The notes below the pieces were generated by a model. That model worked only from the letters and a program-made list of their open reading frames with translations. It was not told where the DNA came from and ran no database searches. A stretch of 64,000 nucleotides of DNA from Okamejei kenojei (taxonomy: Eukaryota), in the NCBI GenBank assembly GCA_035221665.1, contig CM069134.1:89466001-89530000 (forward strand), written 5' to 3'. Made by a program: the position numbers and the translations under genes. Numbering within the stretch: position 1 is the stretch's first letter; each line of letters begins with the position of its first letter. Below, piece by piece: positions 52,466 to 63,858 of this stretch.

Positions 52466-52730
52466 ACCAGAGCCCCGGGTTCAATCCCGACTATGTGTGC
52501 TGTCTGTACAAAGCGTGTACATTCATGATCAGGTCGGTTTTCTCCGAGATTTTCAGTTTCCCCCCACACTCCAAAGACGTACAGGTTTGTTGGTTAATTG
52601 GCTTGGTAAAATGTAAAAATTGTACCTGGTGTGTGTAGGATGGTGTTAATATGCGGGGATCGCTGGTCGGCGTGGACCCGGTGGGCTGAAGGGCCTGTTG
52701 CCGCGCTGTATCTCTAAACTAAACAAAACA
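52466..52730 (+). mobile_element. tRNA-derived SINE lacking the A box
   Basis: B box GGGTTCAATCCCGAC, GGTTAATTGGCTTGGTAAA, tail tatctctaaactaaacaaaac. Confidence 0.85.
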
Positions 52731-53654
52731 GAATTAACTCCCTGGGGGAAAAAAATCAGGTTCAAGGGCAATTAGAGATGGGCTCTGCAACCCAATCCAC
52801 CCCACCACTGGCATTAATAAAAGACACAATCCTCGGGTAAGTGAGTCAGTTGTAAGTTGCAGCTTGTAAAAGTGCCTGCTAAAATATTGACATTGCCTTC
52901 TAAGCAATGAAAGGATTGTAAGGTTTCATGAAGGTCTGGTGTTTGCAAGGCATGAATGAGAAATTGGTTAACTGGCAACATTTTGAGTCATGTTTCTTGG
53001 ACCACTTCCCTGGTAGATGATCTTGTTGAGTTGTCTAACATGGTATTTTTCTTAAGGAATGCAATTTTCAAAATCTGTCCCAGTTTTATGGTTATTGAAC
53101 AGCGTAGCTCTTGACGATCATCTTGAGATATTCATAAAAAAAGAACTTGAGCATTGTTGCAATGAAGTCATGGAACTTTAGGAATTATTACTTAGCATAT
53201 TACTCTCATCTTGAATTGGGATTTCTAATGTTAAATGTTTAACAATATTAATTATGATGTTATTAATGAACAGCAGTCAAACAATGACCAAGACAGCTTA
53301 TCAATTTGAAACATTAAATCTGTTGCTCTCTGCACAGATGTTGCCTGACTATTCAAGTGTTTCACAATTTCCAGATTTAATTTCAAATGACCAAGAGGAT
53401 GTTACTTTATTATAAGCAGTGTCATTCTGATAGAGTTTAGACAACAAGTGGTTGCACTTTCACAAAGATTTGAAATGTGGCCCAAAAATTTTCCAATAGT
53501 ACTTTTGTTTGCACTTTCTCCAGAATCTTTCATGTGTTTCATTTTGATACTGTTAGCCACAATGAAACCAATGATTCAGGTGCACAGGGTCAGAAAATCT
53601 AAATTCCAGTTTTCAGCACAGAAGCCTAGATTGAATTGTTGTGCGGTACTGTGT

Positions 53655-54305
53655 GTTGAGGGGGGATCTTATAGAAACTTACAAAATTCTTAAGGGTTAA
53701 AGAAGGAACTGCAGATACTGGAGAATCGAGGGTTACACAAAAGGCTGGAGAAACTCAGCGGGTGCAGCAGCATCTAAGGAGCGAAGGAGATAGGCGACGT
53801 TTCGGGTCGAGACCCTCCTTCAGTGACCCTGACCAGTCTGAAGAAGGGTCTCGACCCGAAACATCGCCTATCTCCTTCGCTCCTTAGATGCTGCTGCACC
53901 CGCTGAGTTTCTCCAGCCTTTTGTGTAACCCCCAAAATTCTTAAGGGGTTGGACAGGCTAGATGTAGGAAGATTGATGGGGAGGTCCAGAACAAGGGGTC
54001 ACAGTTTAAGGATAAGGGGGAATTCCTTTAGGACCGAGATGAGGAAAACATTTTTCACACAGAGAGTGGTGAGTCTCTGGAATTCTCTGCCACAGAAGGT
54101 AGTTGAGGCCTGTTCATTGGCTATATTTAAGAGGGAGTTAGATGTGGCCCTTGTGGCTAAAGGGATCAGGGGGTATGGAGAGAAGGCAGATACAGGATAC
54201 TGAGTTGAATGATCAGCCATGATCATATTGAATAGCGGTGCAGGCTCGAAGGGCCAAATGGCCTACTCCTGCACCTATTTTCTATGTTTCTATGTTTCTA
54301 TGTTC
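53655..54305 (+). mobile_element. Short CR1 3' fragment interrupted at 53697-53932
   Basis: gggggatcttatagaaacttacaaaattcttaaggg ... ORF 53949-54203 ... (TTTCTATG)n tail; nearly identical to 55860-56250. Confidence 0.93.
53697..53932. mobile_element. Fold-back (inverted) Penelope-terminus insertion with hammerhead-like motifs
   Basis: 94-bp arms 53730-53823 and 53838-53931 differ at 2 positions. TSD CAAAATTCTTAAGGG at 53682-53696 and 53933-53947. Confidence 0.92.
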
Positions 54306-54444
54306 ATATTGTACCGTTGCAGATGGCACCTGGTACCAAGGCCCTGTTAATTCTTCCTACTCAAAATTAAACAAAATTCCAAGTATCTCTGCCACCATTC
54401 ACCACTCAACCAACATCTCCAAAATCTAATCAGATCTTTAGTGT

Positions 54445-54679
54445 AGGAAGGAACTACATACGATGGTTTATACCAAAGACAGACACAAAATGCCGGCGTA
54501 ACTCAGTGGATCAGGCAGCATTTCTTTAGAAAAGGAATAGGTGACTTTTCGAGTCGGAACTGGAACAGGTGGCGTTCTGAAAAGGAATAGGTGACGTTCC
54601 AACCCGAAACATCACCTATTCCTTTTCTCCAGAGATGCTGCCTGACCCGTTGAGTTACTCCCACATTTTGTATGTATCT
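54445..54679. mobile_element. Second fold-back Penelope-terminus insertion
   Basis: Inverted arms (gacacaaaatg..gtaactcagtggatcaggcagcat / atgctgcctgacccgttgagttac..cattttgt). TSD TCAGATCTTTAGTGT at 54430-54444 and 54680-54694. Confidence 0.85.
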
Positions 54680-55021
54680 TCAGATCTTTAGTGTTGGAAA
54701 TGAGCAGGTCGAGCAGCAGTGATAACGAAAGGTTGTTAATGATAACTACTCTGTTTCTCTCTGACTGATGCTGCTCTTATTCTATTGGTTGTGACGTGTC
54801 TAGAATAGAAAATTAAACACAATATAGAAATGCAACTTTTTTGATATGTCAAGACTGTTTTATTGTCATATGTATCAAAAAGGAACAATGAAATTCTTAC
54901 TTGCAGCAACACAGCGGACTTGTAAACACAATGCACAATTGATAATATAATAGACATACATGAAAAAGTTAAATAAATGAAAAACCCAATGTACTACAAA
55001 AGAAAACAAAGCCCTAAGACC

Positions 55022-56537
55022 CAGAGGTCTGAGGGAATCTGTAGGAGGAGCAATGAGAAAGAGTTTCTTCCTTCAGTGCGGCAGGAGCAAGCAGAGATGA
55101 TGGATCTCCACCATAAAGCATAAGGCATTAGGGGTTCAGTATTGATGTGGATAGAGAACTGGCTGGCAAACAGGAAGCAAAGAGTAGGAGTAAACGGGTC
55201 CTTTTCACAATGGCAGGCAGTGACTAGTGGGGTACCGCAGGGCTTAGTGCTGGGACCCCAGCTATTTACAATATATATTAATGATCTGGATGAGGGAATT
55301 GAAGGCAATATCTCCATGTTTGCGGATGACACTAAGCTGGGGGGCAGTGTTAGCTGTGAGGAGGATGCTAGGAGACTGCAAGGTGACTTGGATAGGCTGG
55401 GTGAGTGGGCAAATGTTTGGCAGATGCAGTATTATGTGGATAAATGTGAGGTTATCCACTTTGGTGGCAAAAACAGGAAAGCAGACTATTATCTAAATGG
55501 TGGCCGATTAGGAAAAGGGGAGATGCAGCGAGACCTGGGTGTCATGGTACACCAGTCATTGAAAGTAGGCATGCAGGTGCAGCAGGCAGTGAAAAAAGTG
55601 AATGGTATGTTAGCTTTCATAGCAAAAGGATTTGAGTATAGGAGCAGGGAGGTTCTACTTCAGTTGTACAGGGTCTTGGTGAGACCACACCTGGAGTATT
55701 GCGTACAGTTTTGGTCTCCAAATCTGAGGAAGGACATTATTGCCATAGAGGGGAGTGCAGAGAAGGTTCACCAGACTGATTCCTGGGATGTCAGGACTGT
55801 CTTATGAAGAAAGATTGGATAGACTCGGTTTATACTCTCTGGAATTTAGGAGATTGAGAGGGGATCTTATAGAAACCTACAAAATTCTTAAGGGGTTGGA
55901 CAGGCTAGATGCAGGAAGATTGTTCCCGATGTTGGGGAAGTGCAGGACAAGGGGTCACAGCTTAAGGATAAGGGGGAAATCCTTTAAGACCGAGATGAGA
56001 AAGACTTTTTTCACACAGAGAGTGGTGATTCTCTGGAACTTTCTGCGACAGAGGGTAGTTGAGGCCAGTTCATTGGCTATATTTAAGAGGGAGTTAGATG
56101 TGGCCCTTGTGGCTAAGGGGATCAGAGTGTATGGAGAGAAGGCAGGTACTGGATACTGAGTTGGATGATCAGCAATGATCATATTGAATGGCGGTGCAGG
56201 CTCGAAGGGCCGAATGGCCTACTCCTGCACCTAATTTCTATGTTTCTATAATGTTTGTGGATTTTGGGAAGGAGATACGTAGGAGCGGGCAATGCAGGGC
56301 TTGGGAATTATAAGGTTGGAGGCTGAGATGGGGAGATTGTCAGAGAGATGAGAGCACAAACCATTTGAGAGATGATGGCCTGGTGTTCATCTGTGTGGTC
56401 ATGGTTATCAGATAGGTATGAGATGGTGAGCTACCACCTGACCTCAAGGGTCTTGGCCTGAAACATCATCTATCCATGTTCTCCAGAAATGCTGCCTGAC
56501 CTGCTGAGTTATTCCAGCACTTTGTGTCCATTTGAAT
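55022..56537 (-). mobile_element. Penelope-like RT fragment (55022-55110 and 56251-56430) plus inverted terminus (about 56445-56530), split by a CR1
   Basis: Minus strand reads DNHDHTDEHQAIISQ ... YLLPKIHK on the right and RSIISACSCRTE on the left; these are consecutive Penelope RT motifs (LPKIHK..GRPIVSAC). Confidence 0.8.
55113..56250 (+). mobile_element. Young CR1-clade LINE, 5'-truncated
   Basis: ORFs 55142-55807 (GVPQGLVLGP..FADDTKL..HLEYCVQFWSP) and 55755-56159, linked by one frameshift; tail atttctatgtttctat. Confidence 0.96.
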
Positions 56538-58019
56538 AAAGCCCTAAGTCCGTAGTGCAACCATGGCAGTTCATAGTTCAGAGTGTAGTTGGAGTTCATA
56601 GTTTTCAATAGCTTGATGGTTGTTGAGAAGAAGCTGTTCCTGAACCTGGACCTTACAGTTTTCAGACTCCTATACATTCTTCCCGATTGCAGGAGTGAAA
56701 TGAGAGCGTGGCCAGTGTGATGTGGATCCTCGATGTGTAATTTATGCTGTATACATGTAAATGTAACAGAATTTCCACCATTGAGCATTTCCTATTGGGG
56801 CTCAAGAGTGATGCAGATGCCTACGGATTGCCTGACCTGATGAAATGGGTGCATCTTCTAACCACTAATGCAATGGTTCTGCATAATTTCCTGTGAACAG
56901 ATGAAAGGTATGGGTGGGGTCGTGACCCGAAAAGTCATCCATTCCTTCTCTCCAGAGATACTGCCTTTCCAGCTGAGTTACTCCAATTTTTTGTGCCTAT
57001 CTTCTGAAAGGTGTACTTTAATGATTGATGTACTTTAATGCTTGGTGTTAAAGATTCTGATAAATCAAAATCTCCTCCTGAAGTATTTGGAGTTGCCTCT
57101 GTTCAGTAGACTCGTGACAGAACGTTTAGCTGGGCCAAAATTTAAGACTGCTCCTTGATCTTCACCACACCATGTAGGAATTAGACTCTATACAATAATA
57201 ATTTCAATAAATCTCATCCTTAAATGTCATTACATCTTATATTGAACCAGTATGTTCATAAAGAACAGGACTGTCACTTACACATCTAAAGTCATGGTCT
57301 TTAAAACAATGGACTGATCATACATGTGAAATACTCCCATGGATTAATGGCTTGACGTCAATGATGTTATGTGCACATGGGAAGTGTACAAGATAGGCCC
57401 TGGTGTTTGGCAATGTTGTTATTTCTGAAATGTATTCATTCACAGGATGTCCTTACATGCCTCTGTACAGAGAAAGCAGACAAGAGTCAGATGGGTCTGG
57501 AGTCAAACATAGGCCAGATTTTCTGTAAGAAGAAACTACAGATGCTGGTTTAAACTGAAGATGGACACAAAGAGCTGGAGTAACTCAGCAGTTCATTTTG
57601 TGTCTATATTGGGCCATATTTCCTTACCTGCAGGATGTTAGTGAATTAGATGAATCCAGTAGTTCCATGTTTACAATAACTGAGACCAATCTGTGAAACA
57701 TAACCTCAGGTTTATTTAATTTCTTGACTTTAAATGCCCCAACAGCCATTGTAAATTTGAACAGCAGCTTTACCGTTGTACTACTGACAAGCTGAAACTC
57801 ACCAGTTTCCCACTCACGGGAAAAGTTATCATACTATTGCATAACATGCAAATAAGTGATAAAGGTATAGGTTAGGATATTAATAAGTAACATCCAATTG
57901 TCTGGAGAATCTGCTAGTCCAGCACTACCTTACCCAATGGGCCAGATTATCACAGGTTTACTGTACTTAAAGACTCAGCCCCATGTCTGAACTCAGTAAT
58001 TTTGAAAATTCACCACCCT

Positions 58020-58375
58020 TTCAGTGAATAAAATCCTCCTTTCCTCAATCTTAAATTGATGACTCTTTACCCTGAAAGGATGTGATCCATTTCTACATAG
58101 AGAGAAATAATCTTTCAGTAACTATTTTGTCAACTCTATCAGAATCTGATGTTTCAATAGGAACATTGCTCATTGGTTTATTATTGTCGAATGTGCCAAG
58201 ATAGGGGAAAATCTTTGTTTTGTAAGCTATCTGGGCAAATCAGACATGAATACTATCAACCTATTTTTGAACTCCAATCCACATAATCTTTCCTCATAAA
58301 ATAAGTCCTTCAAACTGAAATTACTCTATTGAACCTTCTCTGCACTGCCTTCAAGTCAACTGTATCCTTCCTTCC
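58020..58375 (-). mobile_element. Highly degraded CR1 fragment
   Basis: aaattcaccacccttt, ataatctttcctcata, gaaccttctctgcactgccttc. Confidence 0.5.
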
Positions 58376-60489
58376 ACAAGAAAGGAAGATTCTATTCTCT
58401 GGTAAGTTCACCTGAGTTATAGTGGTGATTATTTCTCAAGTGAAACATGCAGGGACTTTACTGTCAGTTCTATTGTCCAAGGCTATGCAGATACACTATT
58501 ACACAAAGACATATAATACATTTTGACCAATGTTTAAATAGGTGCATGGAAAATCAACTTTAATTTAACCAATTTACAAATAGCTGTGCTAACATGGAGT
58601 CCTCCAGAAACTGGGACATCAATGAACAATATACAATAATTTAAATCACCATAAAACGGCACACTATAACAACTTAATTATATCCAAAAGCAAAGTACTG
58701 CAGATGCTGGAAATCTTTATATTGAGGATTTATATTCTGTGTTCATAATTAAATTCGATAGTTTTAAGGTTAATAAAATTTTGATACAGTAATTGGACAA
58801 TGATTTAAAATATGCCATAATCGCAGATTTAATTAAAAATGTAATCAATTTATAAGCATTGGATAATATAGTTTGTGCCAGCAAACTGATTGTTTTATTA
58901 ATGGTTCTGCCTATAAGGTGTGACTAATTATTTTGTATTGGTTTGTAAAATCACAGAATCAACAATTTACAAGGAAGAGTTTATTTGATAAATCAACATG
59001 TCCCAGAGTTCATAAGATATTTTTGCTGGAGAGGGGTGAAATGATTTAAATAAAAGGAGGATAAATGGAATTCAAGTCCACGGTATCTTAATGGTACATG
59101 TGACATTAAACTGACCTTGAAATCTTGAAACCTTGAAACCTTAAATTATTCACGATCTAACTGAAAGGCAGATCAAGCTTGAGGGTGGGAAGAAATTATT
59201 CCTAGTACCATTACAGTTTGCACATTGCAGAGCAAAGTGATCATCTTAGGTAATTCTTTGTGACCAGTCCTCTTTGACCTGAAACATTAACTCTGTTTCT
59301 CTTTCCTCAGATCCTGTCTGATCTGCTGAGTGTTTCCAGAATTTCTTGGCTTTTATTACAGTAGACAGAGGGAAGTGTGAAAGTGTGAAGTGTCCAAGAG
59401 AGGATTCCTAAAAAGTAAGAATGGAGATGATAATTGAAGGTGAAATGAAAAACTTCAAAGGCTCTTTTTTTGCTTTCCTAATCCACATGGCCCACTTATC
59501 TGGAATTTTCTTGGGCAGAAGTTCTTTTTCACGACTAACACTGCCAAAGGCAGTCCATTTATAGGTGCAAAGGGGATCAGGGTATTTAACACTATTCTAC
59601 TTATTAGCACCTCCAGACTTGGCAGTGAAATGCCAAAGTTAAAAATTGCTCTTGATGTTAGCACCTGAATAACCACAACGCAATTTACAACTTCTGTGCC
59701 ACGGAACAATCACCTAGTGTTTGAACCTTTTCTTGTTAAAAATTAGATTTTTTTCCCAGTTATGGTTATGGATATTACTTGAAACATATAAATGGGTGCC
59801 CGGGATTTAATTCAACAAGTAGTTCCAATGTGTTTAATTTAGTCTTTGTTCTGGTGTTTCATTAAGAAGATTATGTGAACTATGCATGTAAGCAAAGCAA
59901 AGGAGGCTGTGTATGAGAACTCTACCGCTGTGCCACCCATTACTTTTGCTGTCATCAAATAGTATCATCCCATTCATGTAGAATTTAAATAATTAAAGAG
60001 AGTTTCTGCTTGAAAACAATCTATATCATGAAGGAAGAGGGGGTTCCTTGGGGTAATTTTAGTTCAGTGTGGCTGGGTTTATCCATATGAATGAGTAATT
60101 CACGAAGTGGAAAGAACATACCACTTTTTATATGACCCCATTCATTTTTGAATCAAGTATCTTTGAACCTTTGTCAAAATGTGTCAGGCAATGTGGGTTG
60201 TCAGAATATTTTGCGTAAACATTCAGGTAGGCTTCTGAGACTTATTATCTCAGTTTAGTTTGGTTTATTGTCACATGTTCTGAGGTATAGTGAAAAGCTT
60301 TTTGTTGCATGCTATCCAATCAGCAGAAAGATTATACATTTTCAGGGCAGTTTTTTCATCCCCAATTGAACACTTGTGAGGGGCAGAAATTTGCCACATA
60401 TTCGTGGAAAACACAGGACTAGGACTTTATTCCTTGGAGCACAGGAGGCTGAGGGATGATCTTATAGAAGATAGTAAACCTCTGCCTCA

Positions 60490-60965
60490 CCTGAAAGCTC
60501 CGTCATGAGTAAAGGGAGGAGGTATAAGGACAGGTGTTGTATCTCCTATGGTTCCATGGGAAGGTACCTGGGGAGGGGATGATTTGGACTGGAAGGGCTG
60601 AGTGAACCAGGGAGCTGTGGAGAGAACGGTTTCTGCGGAAAACAGAAAGTGATGGAGATGGGAAGGTGTGACGTGGTGGGATCCCATTGGAGGTAGAGAA
60701 AATGTCAGAGGATGATGTGTTGTATGCGACGGCTGATGGGGTGAAAGGTGAGGACAAGGGGGACTCTGTTCTTATTGTGACTGGGAGGAGTGGGAGCAAG
60801 AGTCGAACTACGGGATACAGAGGAAACATGTGTGAGGGCCTCATCTGTGATAGAAGATGGGAACCCACATTCCCTAAAGAATGAGGACATCTCAGGTTTC
60901 CTGGTATGGAACTCATCTTGGGAGCAGATGCAGTGGAGATGGAGGAATTGGGAGTAGGGTAGAAG
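60490..60965 (-). mobile_element. Penelope-like ORF fragment (RT thumb to GIY-YIG linker)
   Basis: MSSFFRECGFPSSITDEAL...RVPLVLTFHP..IQHIIL and PGTFPWNHRRYNTCPY (degenerate Cys knuckle); frameshifted. Confidence 0.8.
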
Positions 60966-61617
60966 TGGGTAACAGGAGCAAAGAACTTAAGCAGTGTGTG
61001 GGAGAGGATCAGAGACAGCTGTGACAGTAGAGCGAGCAAGCTCAGAGAGAGTGGCCGCTAGCCGGCCTCACTGACTCAGTGAGTGAGTGAGACTACTCAG
61101 CACTCCAAGCACTGCTCGGCTGCACCCAGCCTCTGGTTGTTGTTACTTGTTTGTATGTAGGAGTATCCATAAACCAAGCATTCGGTAGGGCCGTAGAGAG
61201 GATGGACTGTAAGAGCTGATGGATGGATTGATCCTCACTGTAAAAGTACATTCTTGTTATGGGGAAATAAATTAGTTTGTTGATCTGCAATGGGTCACAT
61301 CTTACTTGCATGCTTATCTGACACCCTTCCATAAAATGAAAATATACATGGCAGCATATGCAAGATCAAGAGCCTAGTGTTTAATTGTCAGATGCATCGA
61401 AAGGGAGCAATAAAATTGTTACTTTGTACCTAATACTGATAAAATGTCTCCTTGGGACAAATTTCAGTTCTAAACAAAGCAATGAGGTAAAAAATGAGGT
61501 GATGCCCTCTTATAAGAGTGGCCTCGAATGTAAAGTAATAAGCATTGCAAAGGTGAGATCTTCAATAACAGTAAAAACAGTAAATGACCTGCAGCCTGAA
61601 GAAGGTTTCCGAGCTGA

Positions 61618-62329
61618 CATGGGTGGAAATCCCGGGGGGTCAGGGGGGGGGGGGGGGGGGGGGGGGGGGTGGGGGGGGGGGGGGGGGGGGGGGGGGACAC
61701 ATTCCCTCCTTGTTTTGAGAGGTAGGGTACAATCCCCTCCATGTTTTGTAATCCGGATTTTGATATACGGTGAAAAAAAATCTCTGCTTTTCGCGAGAGT
61801 GGGGGTGGGACTGGTAATGGGGCGGGGCAGTACATGATGATCCAGTGCGATGACTGGAGGAGGGAGGTTTGGTCAGATGCGGAAGTGGGGGGTGGGGGGG
61901 GTGAGACAGAGGATAGAGCACGGTGATTGGAGGAGGGAGATCCTAGTGGAGCAAAGATCATAGAGCGGAGCTTGAATCGGCCCATACCTGGGGCCTTTCA
62001 TCGACCGGCCCGACACGGCTTAAACTCGGCCGCGGGATCTTCCATAGCCTCACGGTCAAATTGCTGCGTCGAGGCGATCGAGGCTCCCGATATTGAAGCC
62101 CCCTGTCAAGCGATGGAAGATCCGCAGCCGGTTTTAAACTGGGCCAGGCGATGAAAGGCCCCGCGAACTGGCCGATTCAACCCCCATGATTCGTTGCGGA
62201 CGTTGCTGGAGTTCGGAGTCGGTCACCAACCAGGTCAGCTCCCAGTCTCCGAAGCCTCGTGTGTGCGCGTGCGGCCACCAAGAAATTGTGTGTCCCCCCC
62301 CTATGTTTTGACAGGGATTTCCGCTCCTG
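61618..62329. mobile_element. Non-autonomous hAT-type DNA transposon inserted in a Penelope terminus
   Basis: TIRs CATGGGTGGAAATCCC / GGGATTTCCGCTCCTG. 8-bp TSD CGAGCTGA (61610-61617) / CAAGCTGA (62330-62337). Subterminal GGGGGACACA / TGTGTCCCCC. Confidence 0.8.
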
Positions 62330-63192
62330 CAAGCTGATATATCACCTATCCATGTTCTCCAAAGATGTTGCCTGGCCCACTGAGATATTCCATCACTTTA
62401 TGTCTTTTTTGGTAAACCAGTATCTGTAGTTCCTTACATCTCTTCACAGTAAAAGCTGTTAATTTCCAGTGCTGGACAAAAGTAATGAAGTATTATTTGA
62501 TGTTGCATGTGCTTCATTTTGTTTTGAAATGTGGCAGCAAGTCTACCGCTGCGCCACTGTGCCACCCCTTCCTATCCATATATGTGTCAAAATGGCTTTT
62601 GAAATTCGTAATTGTATCTACATTTGTAGGTTCTTCTGGCCGATACAGACCGAGTGAATACGTTGTCCCTGAGGACCCTCTCAATTTAAGCCTGTGCCCT
62701 CTAACTTTAGAATCCTCTACCCTGGGAAAAAGACTGAATATTTGTTTTATTCATGCCCCTCATTATCTTGCCAAGGCACCAGTATCTATAATTCCCACCT
62801 AAAAGCTATCTATCATAGTCATAGTGCTTTACATCATAGAAGTGTCCACATACCCTCAGATCATGGATGTGAAAATAAGCTTTCACCTCAAAATGTGATT
62901 CCCACCCCTCCAACACAAAGACTAGAATCTCTCCCTAAAATAGAAGTGGGTCAAAATTATTTTGGAACTAGGCTCTGCACCAGTGTCTGTTGGGGATAGG
63001 GGCTTGCCCACTGATGCCCATGACTGAAATGTAACAAAAGCTACATATTCTTCAGAATCCAGTAGCATACAATCCAATAACCAGGCATGACTAATGAAGC
63101 CAACAGTAGAAACGACAACAGTTGTGCCTTTAACATTGTAGATTCCATAATGCTTCCACAAAGGTTCAGCAAACAAACGTCACATATAGTGT

Positions 63193-63858
63193 AAAAGAAG
63201 GAACTGCAGATGCTGGAGAATCGAGGGTACACAAAAGGCTGGAGAAACTCAGCGGGTGCAGCAGCATCTAAGGAGCGAAGGAGATAGGCGACGTTTCGGG
63301 TCGAGACCCTTCTTCAGACTGGTCAGGGATCAGGGAAACGAGAGATATAGACGGTGATGTGGAGAGATAAAGAACAATGAATGAAAGATATGCAAAAAAG
63401 TATCGATGATAAAGGGAACAAGCCATTGTAAGCTGTTTGTGGTGTGAAAATGCAAAACTAGTGTGACTAGGGTGGGGGAGAGAGATAGAGAGAGAGGGAA
63501 TGCCAGGGCCCGAGAGCTGAGGGAGAGGTGGGAAGGGGAGGACACAGCAAGGGTTAACAGAATTGAGAAAATTCAATGTTCAAGCCCAGAGGATGCAGAC
63601 TCCCCAAGCGGAATATGAGGTGCTGTACCTCCAACTTGTGGTGTTGCTCACTCTGGCCGTGGATGAAGCCCAGGACCGAGAGGTCGGATACGGAATGGGA
63701 GGGGGAGTTGAAGTGCTGAGCCACCGGGAGGTCGGGTTGGTTAATGTGGACCGAGCGGAGGTGTTCGGCGAAACGATCGCCAAGCCTCCGCTTGGTCTCA
63801 CCGATATAGATCATCTGGCATCTGGAGCAGCGGATGCAGTAGATGAGGTTGGAGGAGT
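63193..63858 (-). mobile_element. Penelope-like element 3' end: GIY-YIG endonuclease, 3' UTR and terminus
   Basis: Minus strand SSNLIYCIRCSRCQMIYIGETKRRLGDRFAEH...VAQHFN...LGSLHPLGLN, then UTR, then the terminus shared with the copies at 41292 and 53697. Confidence 0.92.
63290..63317 (-). ncRNA. Minimal hammerhead-ribozyme-like motif in the Penelope terminus
   Basis: CUGAAGA-A-GGGUC-UC-GACCC-GAAA-C-GUC: core boxes CUGANGA and GAAA, a stem II and an NUH triplet, on the same strand as the GIY-YIG ORF. Confidence 0.65.

Larger units (their letters stand above)
54850..56740 (-). mobile_element. Rex1/Babar-like LINE 3' fragment (54850-55018 and 56538-56740) hosting nested insertions
   Basis: ORF 56444-56788 contains DPHHTGHALISLLQSGRMYRSLKTVRSRFRNSFF, matching the Rex1-type C-terminal LPSGRRYRS..RFRNSFFP motif. 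AAAGCCCTAAG is duplicated at 55008-55018 and 56538-56548. Confidence 0.7.

Noticed and set aside
61385-61985. Poly-Gly and poly-Pro ORFs, and poly-G/poly-C runs (also about 16619 and 45679) as G-quadruplex features
   Set aside because: Homopolymer runs, mostly inside repeats, with unreliable lengths and no coding evidence.
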